DNA of 64,000 nucleotides from Octopus sinensis (GCF_006345805.1 NC_043010.1:61194001-61258000), one strand, 5' to 3'; shown: positions 25,425-38,624, counted from the stretch's first letter. Numbers and translations: made by a program. Notes: generated by a model from the letters alone, not told the origin.

Positions 25425-25990
25425 GGTAAACTGACCACTCTGTCAATCACAACAATAAGGATTTCAGTTGATTTGATCAATGGAAAACCTGCTTGTGAAA
25501 TGAATGTGCAAGTAGCTGAGCGCACCACAGACACACACATACCCTCAATATAGTTCTCAGGAAGATTGAGTGTGACACAGAATGTGACAAGGCTGGCCCC
25601 CTTTGAATTACTGGTACAGCTCATTTTTGCCAGCTGAGTGAACTGGAGCAACGTGGAGTAAAGTGTCTTGCTCAAGGACACAACATACTTATATCTTTAC
25701 TACCCACAAGGGGCCAAACACAGAGAGGACAAACACAGACAGACTAACGTATTAAGTTAGTGCGTAACTGGTACTTATTTAATCGACCCCGAAAGGATGA
25801 AAGGCAAAGTTGACCTCGGCGGAATTTGAACTCAGAACGTAACGGCAGACGAAATACGGCTACGCATTTCACCCGGCGTGCTAACGTTTCTGCCAGCTCA
25901 CCGCCTTCTCAAGGACACAACATACCACCTGGAATTGAACTCATGACTGTACAACCATTTCCTGAATGTCCGAACCATTTCGCCATGTGC
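25425..25990 (-). mobile_element. CORE-like SINE (split by the nested insertion)
   Basis: Minus strand TTGTGTCCTTGAGCAAGACACTTTAC...CCAGTTCACTCAGCTG; tRNA-like head resumes at 25926-25990. Confidence 0.65.
25689..25907 (-). mobile_element. MetaSINE-like copy nested in a CORE-like SINE
   Basis: Perfect 18-bp TSD CTCAAGGACACAACATAC at 25671-25688 and 25908-25925. Confidence 0.85.
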
Positions 25991-26227
25991 CCTCACGGTA
26001 AAAGATCTATCAAGTATCATACAGAGTGAGTTTTTGATTTATTGAAATAATCATCTCTTTGCGAGGAAGTAAACAAATGCCTAATAGCAATTGTAGCCTG
26101 CTTAGAATTAGAAGAGGAAATGATCTGAAGAATGAAGAATTCTCTGGAAGTGACTCGTCATTAAGAAAAAGTCAGTCTTTTGTTTCTCAAGATAGAAGAC
26201 CGAAACTGAACTGTAATTAAATATAAA

Positions 26228-26522
26228 TAAAAATAATAATAATAATGAAATTATTGTATACAGTGCTCAGGTGCACCACAACTTGTCAGAAAGTGCATAT
26301 AAAGTATATGCAGTAATGTAGATATGTCTGGAAAGTGAACAGTGTATGAGTCAGGTACATGCTTGTGTGTGTGTATGGAGGGGAGAAAATCAGGTGTAGT
26401 GTTAGCGAATCTCTCAAGAAGCATGGAAGTTTTGAAGGATGCAGTGCTCCAACAACTAACAACTGATGCCAGCAGTTTGTTCCATGCTTCAGCAACCCTC
26501 AGCGTGAAAAAATGTTTCCTGA
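26228..26522 (-). mobile_element. CR1-type LINE 3' end with (ATT)n tail
   Basis: Minus strand translates to KHFFTLRVAEAWNKLLASVVS...SFKTSM; near-identical copy at 41097-41377. Confidence 0.75.
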
Positions 26523-26870
26523 AGTCATGGGAGCTGTGCTGTTTTCTGACTTTGTAAATATGTCCACGGGTGTTATAACTCTAAATTTGCAAAGTTTTTC
26601 TCAGCATATACGTACTGCCAGTTGGTTTTTTAGGCCCCTACAATTTACCCTTGGAACTAAAAATGTATCTGCCCTGGTTTAGAAAACTACAACTAAAATA
26701 AAACGTTAACTGTTATTAATAAACACGACTGGAAGGAGAAAGAAGCCAAGCTGGACAAGGGAGGTAATTATACAATAGCTGGGAACAGCTTTCATTGTTG
26801 GTTCAGAAATACCTGCTGCTCAGAGATTTAATCAAATCAGCAGATTAACTTTCTAAATGTCAGAGTGTTA

Positions 26871-26903
<33 letters not shown>

Positions 26904-27086
26904 GTATTATCATTACAATTTTTGTAATTATTTAACTTTGTCTTGAAAGATGTAAAAAGTGTGTTAAAGTTTACATCTTGGAGTTGGTTGGGCTCAGAAC
27001 ATCTCTACTCAAATCTTTGGGACTGCTTCTTCTGCCAGACCCAGCAAGTATAATATGTGTGTGTGTGGTGGGGTTCGTGTATACCA

Positions 27087-27542
27087 ATACATACATACAC
27101 ACATACATACATACACACATACATACATACACACATACATACATACAAACATACATACATACATACAAACATACATACATACATACATATATACATACAT
27201 ACACACATACATACATACAAACATACATACACACATACATACATACATGCATATATACATACATACATACATACACACATACATACATACATACATACAT
27301 ACATACATACATACATACATACATACACACATACATACATACATACATACATACATACATACATACACACATACATACATACATACACACATACATACAT
27401 ACACACATACATACACACATACATACATACATACACACATACATACAAACATACATACATACATACATACACACATACATACAACATACATACATACATA
27501 CATACACACATACATACAAACATACATACATACATACACACA

Positions 27543-27576
<34 letters not shown>

Positions 27577-28020
27577 CATACACACATACATACATACAAA
27601 CATACAAACATACATACACACATACATACAAACATACATACATACAAACATACATACATACATACACACATACATACACACATACATACATACATACATA
27701 TATACACACATACATACATACAAACATACATACATACAAACATACACACATACATACATACATACATATATACATATATACATACATACATACATACAAA
27801 CATACATACATACATACAGACATACACACATACATACATACATACACACATACATACATACATACATACACACATACATACATACACACATACATACATA
27901 CACACATACATACATACATACACACATACATACACACATACATGCATACATACACACATACATACATACATACACACATACATACATACATACATACATA
28001 CATACATACATTCATACATA
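27087..28020. repeat. About 930-bp (TACA)n tetranucleotide array
   Basis: Direct inspection; explains the 324-358 aa artefactual ORFs. Confidence 0.97.
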
Positions 28021-28112
28021 GGCGCAGGTAATACAGTTCTAAATTTAAGAGATAAGGAATTATGTACAGTATTTACATTTGACGAATATCTGTCCTCATC
28101 TTGTTTGTTGTT

Positions 28113-28158
28113 AACACAACTTTTCGGCTGATATACCCTCCAGCCTTTATCGGGTGTC
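28113..28158 (-). ncRNA. Minimal hammerhead-ribozyme-like motif (left arm, mutated core)
   Basis: Minus strand reads GACAC-CCGATAA-A-GGCTG...CAGCC-GAAAAGTT-GTGTT: stem I (GACAC/GTGTT) and stem II intact, core substituted. Confidence 0.5.
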
Positions 28159-28350
28159 TTGGGGAAACTTCAAACCTGGGTTCTCATTCCTAAGGTATTT
28201 TTCGATGTTATTATTATTATTATTATTATTATACCAAGTTCGATTCCAGGCAGTCACCTGAATAATGATAATAATAATAATAATAACAACAACAACCACA
28301 ACATCAAAAAATACCTTAGGAATGAGAACCCAGGTTTGAAATTTCCCCAA

Positions 28351-28393
28351 GACACCTGATGAAGGCTGGAGGGTATATCAGCCGAAACATGTT
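28351..28393 (+). ncRNA. Minimal hammerhead-ribozyme-like motif (right arm)
   Basis: GACAC-CTGATGA-A-GGCTG[10 nt]CAGCC-GAAAC: intact core and 5-bp stem II; the stem I/III side appears damaged by a small deletion. Confidence 0.6.
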
Positions 28394-28950
28394 AACATCA
28401 AACAAGATAAGGACAAATATCTGTTAAATGTAAGTAATGTAAATAATGTGTAGGTGCTTCCCAACCATATGGTTTTGGGTTGAATCCCACTGCATGGCCC
28501 CTTGCTCAAGTGTTTTCTACAATAGCTTTGGTATAGAATGAGTGAATTTGCTGGGTGGAAACTGAAAGAAACCCATCAGGTGTGTGTGTGTTTCTCATCA
28601 CTGCCTTTCTCATGGATAACACTGGTGCCATGGAGAGGGGAGGCTGGTATGCATGGGCGACTGTTGGTCTTCCATAAAACAACCTTGCTTGGACTTGTAC
28701 CTTGGGGGGTAACTTTCTCGGTGCAGTCCCATGGTCCTTCCTGACTAAAGGAGATCTTTGTATAAATGTAGTCCCACTGCCTGTGCCCAAGACTCTTGCC
28801 TCTTGAGTCCCTCTGTAACCTATTATTATTAATAATAATAATAAAAGTACAAGTCAAACACAGGGGTCAATATAGTTAACCAACACTGACCCCGTCCCAT
28901 CCACTATTTTAGGCCTTGTGCCTTTAGCAGAAAGAATTATTAATAATACA

Positions 28951-29232
28951 TACATCATCATCGTTTAACATCCGTTCTCCGTGCTAGCACGGGTTGGACG
29001 GTTCGACCGGGGTCTGGAAAGCCAGAAGGCAGCACCAGGCTCCAGTCAGATCTGGCAGTGCTTCTACAGCTTGATGCCCTTCCTAACACCAACCACTCCG
29101 TGAGTGTAGTGGGTGTTTTTTATGTGCCACTGGCACAAGTGCCAGGTGAGGTTAGCAGCATCCACGATCAGTTGGTGCTTTTTAGGTGCCACTGGTACAG
29201 AAGCCAGTGAAGGCGGCGCTGGCATCGGCCAC
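28951..29232 (-). mobile_element. RTE-clade LINE 3' end
   Basis: Same tail family. Confidence 0.8.
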
Positions 29233-29770
29233 TTCTATTATCTTTTACTTGTTTTAGTCCATTAGACTGTGGCAATGCTGGAGCACCAACTTAAAGAATT
29301 TTAGTCAAACAAATTGACCCTAGCACATGTTTTTAACCCTGGTACTTATTCTGTCATGGAGGCACATGGCCTAGTGGTTAGAGCAGCGGACTCGCGGTTG
29401 AGAGATCGTGGGTTCGAATCTCAGACTGGGTGATATGTGTGTTTATGAGCGAAACGCCTAAGCTCCACACAGCTCCAGCAGAAGGTAATGGTGAACTTCT
29501 GCTGACTCTTTTGCCACAACTTTCTCTCACTCATTCCTCCTGCATCTTGCAGCTCATCTGCGACGGACCGGCGTCCCGTCCTGGTGGGGAACCTATACGC
29601 CAAGGAAACCAGGAAACCGACCCTAATGAGCCAGGCATGGCTTGAGAAGGAACAAGCATAACTTATTTTGTCAGTCTTCTTTGTTGAACTGCTATGTTAT
29701 GGGGATGTAAAGCACATGGACACTGGCTGTCAAGCAACCGTAGGGGACAAATATAAACACACATATGCAC
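29232..29770 (-). mobile_element. SINE family A 3' part, split by a V-SINE insertion
   Basis: Family A sequence runs 29232-29356 and resumes at 29661-29770. Confidence 0.65.
29357..29660 (+). mobile_element. V-SINE-like tRNA-derived SINE
   Basis: A box TGGCCTAGTGG, B box GGTTCGAATC; CTGCGACGGACCGGCGTCCCGTCC resembles the V domain; 13-bp TSD ACTTATT(C/T)TGTCA at 29344-29356 and 29661-29673. Confidence 0.75.
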
Positions 29771-30671
29771 GCATGCACACACACACACTGCCAATTTGAT
29801 GCCAATTCTCTGCTCAACTTTCTCTGTCATGGTCAATGCAATGATCACACGCTACACATCTTCCTTCCAAGCACTGCAATAAACAGCAGAGGTGAGCTAG
29901 AACGTTAAAACTTTGTGCACATGCACAGCAGAGTTCAAGGTCAATCTGTGCCAAGTGGTTTCACTCTGTGTGCTTTAGCTTCGTTACTATAGCCACAGTC
30001 CGGATACTTATTGATCAGGCCATGTATTTATATATCTATACATATAAATTTGACATGGTCGATTCTTTCTTGTCTTGGGATTCACAGTCAAAAGGCTGGG
30101 TGGAACTGCATGAAAAATTACACAGATGTGTAGAATGATCCAGTGATGATGCTGGGCTTTGTATTTTTTCATAGCTCCCATGGTTACTGAGATAATCTAC
30201 TATAATAATACACTTGTGTTTATGAATGAGAAAGGAAGGGGTGATGTCATACTTTGTAGTTGGATGACGAAGATTGTATGCTGAAAAAGTAAATCAAACA
30301 GCATTTCAACTCTGTGTGAATATATGTGTGTATGTAAAAGGATGGGGGTATGTGAATGTGTGTGCATGTGTGTGCGTGTGTGTTTGTGGGTGTGTGTTTG
30401 TGTGTGTGTGCGAGCGTAATGGAAGTGGGATGGTTCATCTTTGTTTGCTTAGTATTCAGGTTTATTTTTTGATTTGGTTGAATCTTGGTTGTTTTTTTTT
30501 TGGTGAATTATTTTAGTGTTTTGGCAGAAAAAAGTCATTCTAAAATTGTTTTTTAATGTAAGCGTGCCCAAACAAGTCGAATGCTTACACAGAGCAGGTT
30601 TTACAGCCACATCATCCAAACCAACCAGGTGAAACCGTGCTTAGCTGCTAGTATGTATATATATATATATA

Positions 30672-30930
30672 TGGCACGTAAAAGCACCATGCGATTGTGG
30701 CCGTTTGCCAGCCTCATCTGGCACCTGTGCAGGTGGCACATAAAAAGCACCCACTACACTCTCGGAGTGGTTGGCGTTAGGAAGGGCATCCAGCTGTAAA
30801 AACACTGCCAGATCAGACTGGCCTGATGCAGCCTTCTGGCTTCCCAGACCCCAATTGAACTGTCCAACCCATGCTAGCATGGAAAACGGATGTTAAACGA
30901 TGATGATGATAATGATGATGATGATGATGA
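30672..30930 (+). mobile_element. RTE-clade LINE 3' end
   Basis: Same tail family ending in (GAT)n. Confidence 0.8.
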
Positions 30931-31067
30931 TAGACTCTCCTGTTGAAGTCAAAGTATGATTGTTCAGCTTTTGCCGAATGACCTTCACAAATGATTTGTC
31001 CATAGTGATCAAATCATTTGTACTGCACCTTAGCTCACTCTCTCCATCAAATCATGGTTAAACTATG

Positions 31068-31228
31068 TGTCAAGGCTTCTTTCAGTTTCTGCCTACCAAA
31101 TCTACTCACAAGGCATTGATCAGCCTGAGGCTAAATATAGTAGAAGACACTTGCCCAAGGTGCAGCGCAGTGGGACTGAACCCGGAACCATGTGGCTGGG
31201 AAGCGAGCTTCTTTCCACACAGCCACGT
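31068..31228 (-). mobile_element. SINE family A 5' half
   Basis: Reverse complement of the family head. Confidence 0.75.
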
Positions 31229-31929
31229 GAAATGTAATATTGTATATTCAACAAGCTCCAACCACTGATTCACAGATGTACTCTTCCTCCTCTCTCTCGA
31301 CACTATTCTGGCTACATCATTCTCTCTTCTCAATTAACAAGCTGCAGTCATCTTCTATAAAGGACCACCTGCTTCACTTCTCAATTTCCATCCTTCCCAC
31401 TTATCCAGTCTAAAATTTCCAAGGCAAATGGAGGAATATCTAATATCATAGTATATCCTAGTATTTGTCTACGTAGTTTAATTACATACCATTAGCCACT
31501 CTGAGTTATTTCTTGTAGCTCATTTCTGTTTCAATCATACTAAAATTTCCTTCTTGGCCAGGGTCAGTTCTGACTGAGCAGACTTATGGTAAAAGAATAC
31601 AGACATTCAAACTAAACAACGAATACATCAGGATCTCAGAATGGAATGAAGTACTTATGACTTAATACAGCCATAGGAACATCCAGCCACAGAAACCATG
31701 CTAAAACAGACAATAAAGTTTGGCATAGTTTCCTGTCAAACTGTCCAACCCATGCCAGCAGGGAAAGTGGACGCTAAAACCTGTGAAATGTTTGCAACAG
31801 AGTGGATCCAAGGAGCCAGTGGTGTTAAACCAGGCAGTAACTTACGTCTGTCACACACGTAAGCCAGGTTTGAACTACAAGCTATCTGATCCGACATTCT
31901 TACAGTTCTACTAATCAATTGCCTTCGAT

Positions 31930-32053
31930 AAGAACTTTTTTATCGACCCTGAAAGGCTAAAATAAAGTTGAGCCTGGCGGAATTTGAACCCTGAGCGCAG
32001 CGAGTCAGAAACCATCTGTCCGACGCTCTAACGACTTCGCCAATCCGCCGCCT
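31930..32053 (-). mobile_element. MetaSINE-like copy (5' part)
   Basis: ATCGACCCTGAAAGG...GGCGGAATTTGAAC...CCGCCGCCT matches the family. Confidence 0.65.
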
Positions 32054-33199
32054 ACAAAGACCACAATGATAGTGGCTATGCAAATGTGGATGTTGCCTGT
32101 CTACGCTTAAAATAAACTTCAAAAATTGTTATTTCAGCCATTATTATAAGACCAAATTTACTGAAAGTAGTTATAATTCTGCGAGTGTCGAGAACAAGGT
32201 CCCACAGACTGCAGATTGTCCCTGTATAACCTAACACTGTTACCATCGTTCATCGATTCTATAACTTTTCTAAACGGGGTCGCCTCATTGCCAAGATATG
32301 CGGAGATTTTTAAAGGGCTGTATTATTCCAAAAGTATTTTATAAAGCTTTATAATTACTCCCTTAAAATGTCCCGTGTATTATGTTCTAAAGAGTTGTGT
32401 GGCCCATTTTTCTGATTAATACTTGACGGTAAAATATATTAGAGTCTAGAATCAGACGGACAGTGAACTGAACAAGTTTCGCAATCTGTAGTCAAGGGGT
32501 TTTCTTATAGAATAATTATGCTAGTTCGTAAAAACATTTCCACTGTCGTCCAAGAAGTCAGTAGTTATTGTAGAGAAGTTCGTTCTGCTGTGGAGTCACC
32601 CCGCTTGAAGTTACACTGTTCTGATCGATGTTTCGAAAACATAATACGTTAGCACCCATGTATGTATAATATATATATATATATATAGGGAAAGAGAGAG
32701 AGAGAGATGGAAGGATGTGTATATATTTGTTTGTAAATGCACACATATACATGTATTATACATGTGTACATATATAATATATATGTAGCCATACGTGTGT
32801 ATATATACATACATATATATATTTATGTACATAATACACACACATATATATATATATTTATGTACATACATACACACACATACATATGTATATATGTATG
32901 TATTCGTGTATGCATGTATGTATATAAATATCTGCTTGTGTGTTTATATAAGAGTATAATGGATTTTTTTTTATATATAAAAGGCTCTTATAAAGGGAAA
33001 TAATTTATCACATGCTGTAAGTACGGAAGTACCTATGTGATTCAAATCGATTATCCAACAAAGAAACTACATCACAAAGACAACAACAAAAGCAAGCAGT
33101 AACAAACCAATAACAAAACACCGACTACAAGAACACAAGTTCATATTCACAAAACTATTTAATTAGGTACAATTGAACGAAAGCAACGGCAACCAAGTG

Positions 33200-33473
33200 A
33201 CACGACGATCCGTTTGACCGTTGTTCGTGGAGACGTGTCGTGTCTTCCATAGTGTGTTAATTTGCGCGCCTGTCTTCTCCCTCACATGACCTTTCAGTCT
33301 CTAATGTGTTGCTTCTCTCATTTCTCTCTCTCCGACTCCAGATGTAAACATCTCTTGTTTATTCGACATTAACCCCGTCACACAGCCACATTACATCATT
33401 GTTGCCCATCTTATTCGATTCCGACTCGATTCCAGAAGCGTTTGCTGCTTCTTTTGTGCTGTTCAAGGTAAGA
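33200..33473 (+). promoter_or_regulatory. Candidate CpG-rich promoter and non-coding first exon ending in a strong donor
   Basis: CpG-dense unique sequence; AAG|GTAAGA with GT at 33468. Confidence 0.35.
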
Positions 33474-34881
33474 TCAACCTCGATTTATTTCGTCGAATCG
33501 TTTGTTTTCCTTGTGTCATGTCGATTTCAGAGATTCCCAGCTGCGTAGAAAGCGATGGCCTTCCCCGTCCTGTTTCTTTATTATCTCGACCAACCTGAGT
33601 CGACTCACCTATTTCTTCGTCTCCTCAGACATTCGCTCTATCGTCTATCCTATGTAATTACCCTCAAATTACAGACTTTTCCCAAAGAAAACCAACTTCC
33701 AGGCAGCATGCTGTCCACTGTTTCTAGGAATGTGTTTGCAACACAAAAGTCACAATTTATTTATTGTAGTTAAGGCAGAAGATATTCGTTGGCCTTTGCG
33801 AATCTGCACAAATTTTCTCCTCATTTTCGGCCACTATTACATGTATTAACATCATCGCAGCACAGACTACGAGAGATGGAACTGTCAAATATAAAAATAA
33901 TTAGAAATAATTATAATTAATTAAAGATGAGGTAAAAGTCTTCGTCTTCGTTTTCCTCTCAGCAGAGATTCAAGAAAAAAACTGGTTCAATATTTTGTCT
34001 ACAAATATGATTCCATCCTGATTTAACCTCTAAGGATATGTTAATCTTAACCCTGGCCCCGCTGTCCCCCATTTTAAACTCCCTAATTGTCAGTCTTTTA
34101 TGGGGAGGTTGTACTCAGTCCAAGGGGCCGCAGGTGTTTTACTTTACCGACTTTACTCAGTTGTTTGACACCGAATTAGCTCTGATCGAGCAGACCTTGT
34201 AATCAAAAGACGTTCCATCTGTGACCATCCCGTCTTCCTTTCTGTGTATTTAGGACCACATTCAGTATGTCTTTCGTTTTTTGCAAGACAGTGGGGTGTG
34301 CAATTTGAGGGAGGTTTGGTTGCTGTTTCTAGCAAATGGACGAACTATATACAAGAGTCATCGTTGGCCTGCTCAGTGTTTGGTTTGTGTAGGTTGCATT
34401 GTTGTTTAACCCCAAATCAGGTTTGATCGAGCAGACAGACTATAATCAAAGACATTCCAACCGTGACCACTCTGTTTTATGGGGGATATCTTGGAGCACA
34501 TTATCTGATATGTCTCTTTTAAAGACAAGAGTATAATTTCAAGTAAATTTGACTGCTATTTCTTGCAGGTCACCTAGATAGGAGCTCGGCCTTTAATCAG
34601 TGTTTCTTACACAACTTATGTGGTGGTGGTGGGGGGTTGTCATGTTAAATCATTAGTCATTAACCATGCGACTAAAGTATAAATGCTTTTTGTTTTGTTT
34701 AAGTGTGTGGTCTGTGAGACAGCATTTCTGGTGTCTTTCATAAAATATAAAATGATTTCTAACAAAAGAGTTGATCGTTTATCACTAATGTATTTTATCG
34801 GGTCCCAGCTGCACTGAAAAATGTCCAAGACTTTTGTTAATAGTAGAAGACACTGCAAAAACATTCGGTTTGGCGTTTCAT

Positions 34882-35114
34882 AATAACAATCCTTTCTACT
34901 AAAGGCCCAAGGGCTGAAGAATTGGATGGATAAGGGGTCGTTCAGTCGATTACATCGAGCCCCTGTCCTGTGCTCAACTGCTTTTTAGTTTGTTTATCGA
35001 CCCTGAAAGGATAAGTTCGATCTGGACGGAATTTGAACTCAGAACGTAAGACCGAATGAAATGTCGCGATGCATTTTGTCCGCAGAGCTAACGGTTCTGC
35101 CAGCTTGCAGCCGT
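34882..35114 (-). mobile_element. MetaSINE-like copy
   Basis: Same family; CpGs retained. Confidence 0.7.
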
Positions 35115-36663
35115 AATAATAATAATAATAATAATAACAATAATAATAATTAATAATAATAATGATGATGAAAGCCAACTTTTGAAATGATTGGAGATCG
35201 ATTGTATCGACTTGATTGGTATTTTATTTTATCGACCTTCGAAACGACTGAAAAGCAAAGTTGACCTCGGGCAGGAAAATGATAATCCTGGTATACGAAA
35301 AGAAAAAAAAAAGATAGGATGGTCACAGCTGGAACGCCTTTTGTAATTGGTCTGCTGATGGGTGTATATAGCTTTCCACCAGCACAGCCAGAATATTTGA
35401 CCCTATTCACACACTGGAATAGAATGGTAACCAGGTTGGAAATGTGACAACAATTAATACTTATTACAAAATAATTGAAATTTCCAGTCTTCAACTGTGT
35501 CTGCCTGTTTCTAATGGTTACAGAGAATGTGGAGCGTTCAACAAAATACCTTGTGGTGTTTGCTTTACCACTCTTCACATTTCTACTTCGAATTCCGCCG
35601 AAGTTGAGACTTTTATCCGTCTGGGATCGATAAAATATAGTTACCATTTCAAATACTGCATCGAATTGATATTTGTACCTGACAGAAAGGTTAATTAATT
35701 GTTGGTTGTGATTTTTAATTGGACCTAACTCAATTACCGTACTTCGGACGTCGACAGTATTACTCTTTAAAAATGTGTCCCGAAAATTTTCCGTGGGTCC
35801 CAGAGCAGAGGTTCTCAAATTGTTAATATAAAGTATTCTCATTATCAGTGAAAAGCCTAGCTTTCCTTTATTAAAAGACATGTTTGAGTCTGTCTCCGCA
35901 TGACTTCTCTTTCTGTGCCAAGACGTTGGACAATGCAAAACGTTGTTAACCTTAATTTTATTCAACAATGGGGTTGGCTGCCTCTACGGGAATCTTGAGG
36001 ATAAAAGTTCGTTTTCAGAAGCCAGTTTTAACCCTAGGAGCAAAATAGATCATGGTGATCTATCTGTTGTCGTTAGGTCACTAGCAAAATATCCGTTGGT
36101 CAGTAGCAAGGCTTGGTTTTACGTTTACTTATTTATTTTTTTGTCAAAATTAAGGGCGAGGTATCTTGGGGTTTGGAGACAGGAAATATCCTAATGAACT
36201 TCAGCCTTCGAAAAGTTTATTAAATAATATTAAAGTAATTATTCTCATTATATTGGGATAAGGCCGCTGTGACGCCGGTGTCTGGTAAGCTATTTAACCG
36301 TAGGTCATCCACAGGTGATCAGTGATGTGCAAGACATCACTCTGAAATAATTTTGAGTGTCAATAATTTGATTTCAATTATGAATTAATTAATGACATGA
36401 TGTCTGATTAATCCGGTCGGGTTGGTATTGTTTAGGCTCCAAGTCCAGCCTTCGTCATCATCCAAATCGTTCCAGTTTATGTCTATCTACGATTACTTTG
36501 TCCAGTGCATCCTTTATTTAAGACAGCAGGTGTAATTTGAAAGAAAGTTGGCTGCTATTTCTAGCTTATTGAATGACATCACTGGTTTGTGTCAAACAGG
36601 TAGGAATCGGATTACCTCCCTTTCAGACGTATCGATATATTTATATCTGTGTCACATTTAATA

Positions 36664-36723
<60 letters not shown>

Positions 36724-38144
36724 TATACATATTATGGAAGTCTTATTAAAAGTATTGATCATTTATTGTTTCATTATCAAAAGATGTCAGCAGGAAAACA
36801 ATTCAGTGCCTGCCAAGCAATGCGTGGGTGTTTAAACGAAACGGTGGCAACCAAACAACTTGTCTTGACGGGAGACCTTCATCAACTCGTGATGAATGCA
36901 TCGCCGCGACGTGCGGCGGCGGCGTCTTGGGTCTATTTGAGACTCGGTGGGGTCCGTCTTTGTCCTGTCTCACCTCAGCCGATTTCGTGTGGAAGACTAG
37001 AGTGGGAACAGTGTTTTGGAATGAGTGTATCGATCTGATGGGGAGGGAAAAGAAGGCAGAAGATGGTGGTGGGATGGGGAAGGCAAAACTCAGGTGTTTC
37101 TGAATTGCAATTGCCGTTGGATGAAACACAGAAATATAGGAACAAAAAAAAAAATGAAGGGGAAAACCCATCCAATTCCGGCTTTTTTTTCTTCTTCTTA
37201 CCCATGAGGTAATATTGACTTTTCCATTGGGTGAAGGAGGACTGACCCTAGTACTGGGTTAGTGCTTTATTTATCGACCCTGCAAGAATGAAAGGCAAAG
37301 TGATCTTGACTTTATTTGAACTCAAAAAGGTCAGAGAGCTTGAACATACCTTGAGGCATTGAAGTAAAACGTCTGACTATTAATAGGTTGGCACCTTATT
37401 CTATCGACGTTTTGGATTCTTTAGAGGAATGCTAAATAAAACCCAGTATATGACTGGTACTTCATTTTATTAACTAGGCGCAAGTGTGGTTCTGTGGTAA
37501 GAAGTTTGCTTCCCAACCACATGGTCCTAGGTTCAGTCCCACTGCAAGTGTCTTCTGCTATAGTCTCAAACTCACCAAAAGCCTTGTGAGGCCCCTCCCA
37601 GTGAAAGTGGTGAAGAATATATGTTCTGGTACCTCTGGGGAGGGGCTATGGACAATTTCGTTGTAGAAACGGAGTTGGATAGGCGGGTTCTGATGGACCC
37701 AACTTTTATTGACAGTCCAGAGTGGCCTCCGCAGGTGGCTGCTCTGGTACTGGAAAAAAAAATACGTAACTCATGTAAAAACAAGAAATATAGAAGGGAT
37801 TTTTGTGACCCCGGATTGCGGTTGCAGGAAAGCCTACAGATCACAAGGGAACTGTTTGGGGAAGGGTTGTAGAGGTTGGTTGCCTCAAGTTGAATATGAA
37901 TTGTATATTATATTTGTGTGAACTTTTTAAGTCCAAATATTGTATTTTAAAATTGTAAGAGGGTTAAGACCTCAGTTTATGTGTTTTGTAAAGAACAATG
38001 TTATAGAGAAGCAGAGGGTCGGCGGGCGCATTCTGGCTTCTCCCATCTTTTTCATTAGTGTATCATTATCATTCATCTCGTTAATGTTTGTGCCCAGCCT
38101 GCTACATTATCTGGGTTCTGCCTTTATGGCAATGTAAGAAATAA

Positions 38145-38193
38145 AGCCATGCGAATGGGTTTGGTAGACAGAAACTGAAAGAAGCTTGTTGTG

Positions 38194-38228
<35 letters not shown>

Positions 38229-38420
38229 CCTATCACCACTTGACAACTGGTGTTGGTGTGTTTACGTCCCTGTATCTTTAGTGGTTCAGTAAAAGAAAGG
38301 GATAGAAGAAGTGTCAGGCTTAAAAGGATAAAAAGAGTATAAGGGGTTGATTCATTCTACTGAAAGTTCTTCAAAGCAATGCTCTAGCATGGTCGCAGTC
38401 TAATGACTGAACTGAGTGAA
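38145..38420 (+). mobile_element. SINE family A 3' part (a 5' part also lies at 37476-37590)
   Basis: GGTAGACAGAAACTGAAAGAAGC...GCATGGTCGCAGTC. Confidence 0.7.
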
Positions 38421-38624
38421 AGACCTGCTGACGGATGAAGATTGGTTTTGATGAGGTTTGAACCTAGAATACAAGACGAACAACAGACACTGACATAGAT
38501 TTAATCTTTATTAATGTGACCCAATTTCATTTGGGAATTACCAGGTGTTTGTATGGAACTTACAGCACAAACTAATCCAGAGACCCAGTCTTCAGTGATG
38601 CTAATGATAATCCTTTTTACTCTA

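Larger units (their letters stand above)
28072..28434. repeat. Long inverted repeat (about 160-bp arms, 28-nt spacer) made of two opposed copies of a hammerhead-bearing element
   Basis: 28072-28232 pairs with 28261-28434, including (ATT)n/(AAT)n inner ends; spacer ACCAAGTTCGATTCCAGGCAGTCACCTG contains a B-box-like GTTCGATTCC. Confidence 0.9.

Noticed and set aside
26971-28131. Five 324-358 aa ORFs
   Set aside because: Translations of (TACA)n, which lacks stop codons; YIHT/MYVC low complexity.
29357-29430. tRNA gene (likewise other A/B-box heads)
   Set aside because: Heads continue into SINE bodies with TSDs and lack a complete cloverleaf.
35150-35968. 272-aa minus-strand ORF
   Set aside because: Non-ATG start, runs through SINE and microsatellite sequence, no recognisable domain.
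37200-37751. Minus-strand gene (117-nt open exon 37633-37749; ATGG|GTAAGA at about 37205-37196)
   Set aside because: Weak GTACCA donor, no recognisable protein, and the order of the pieces does not give a coherent model.
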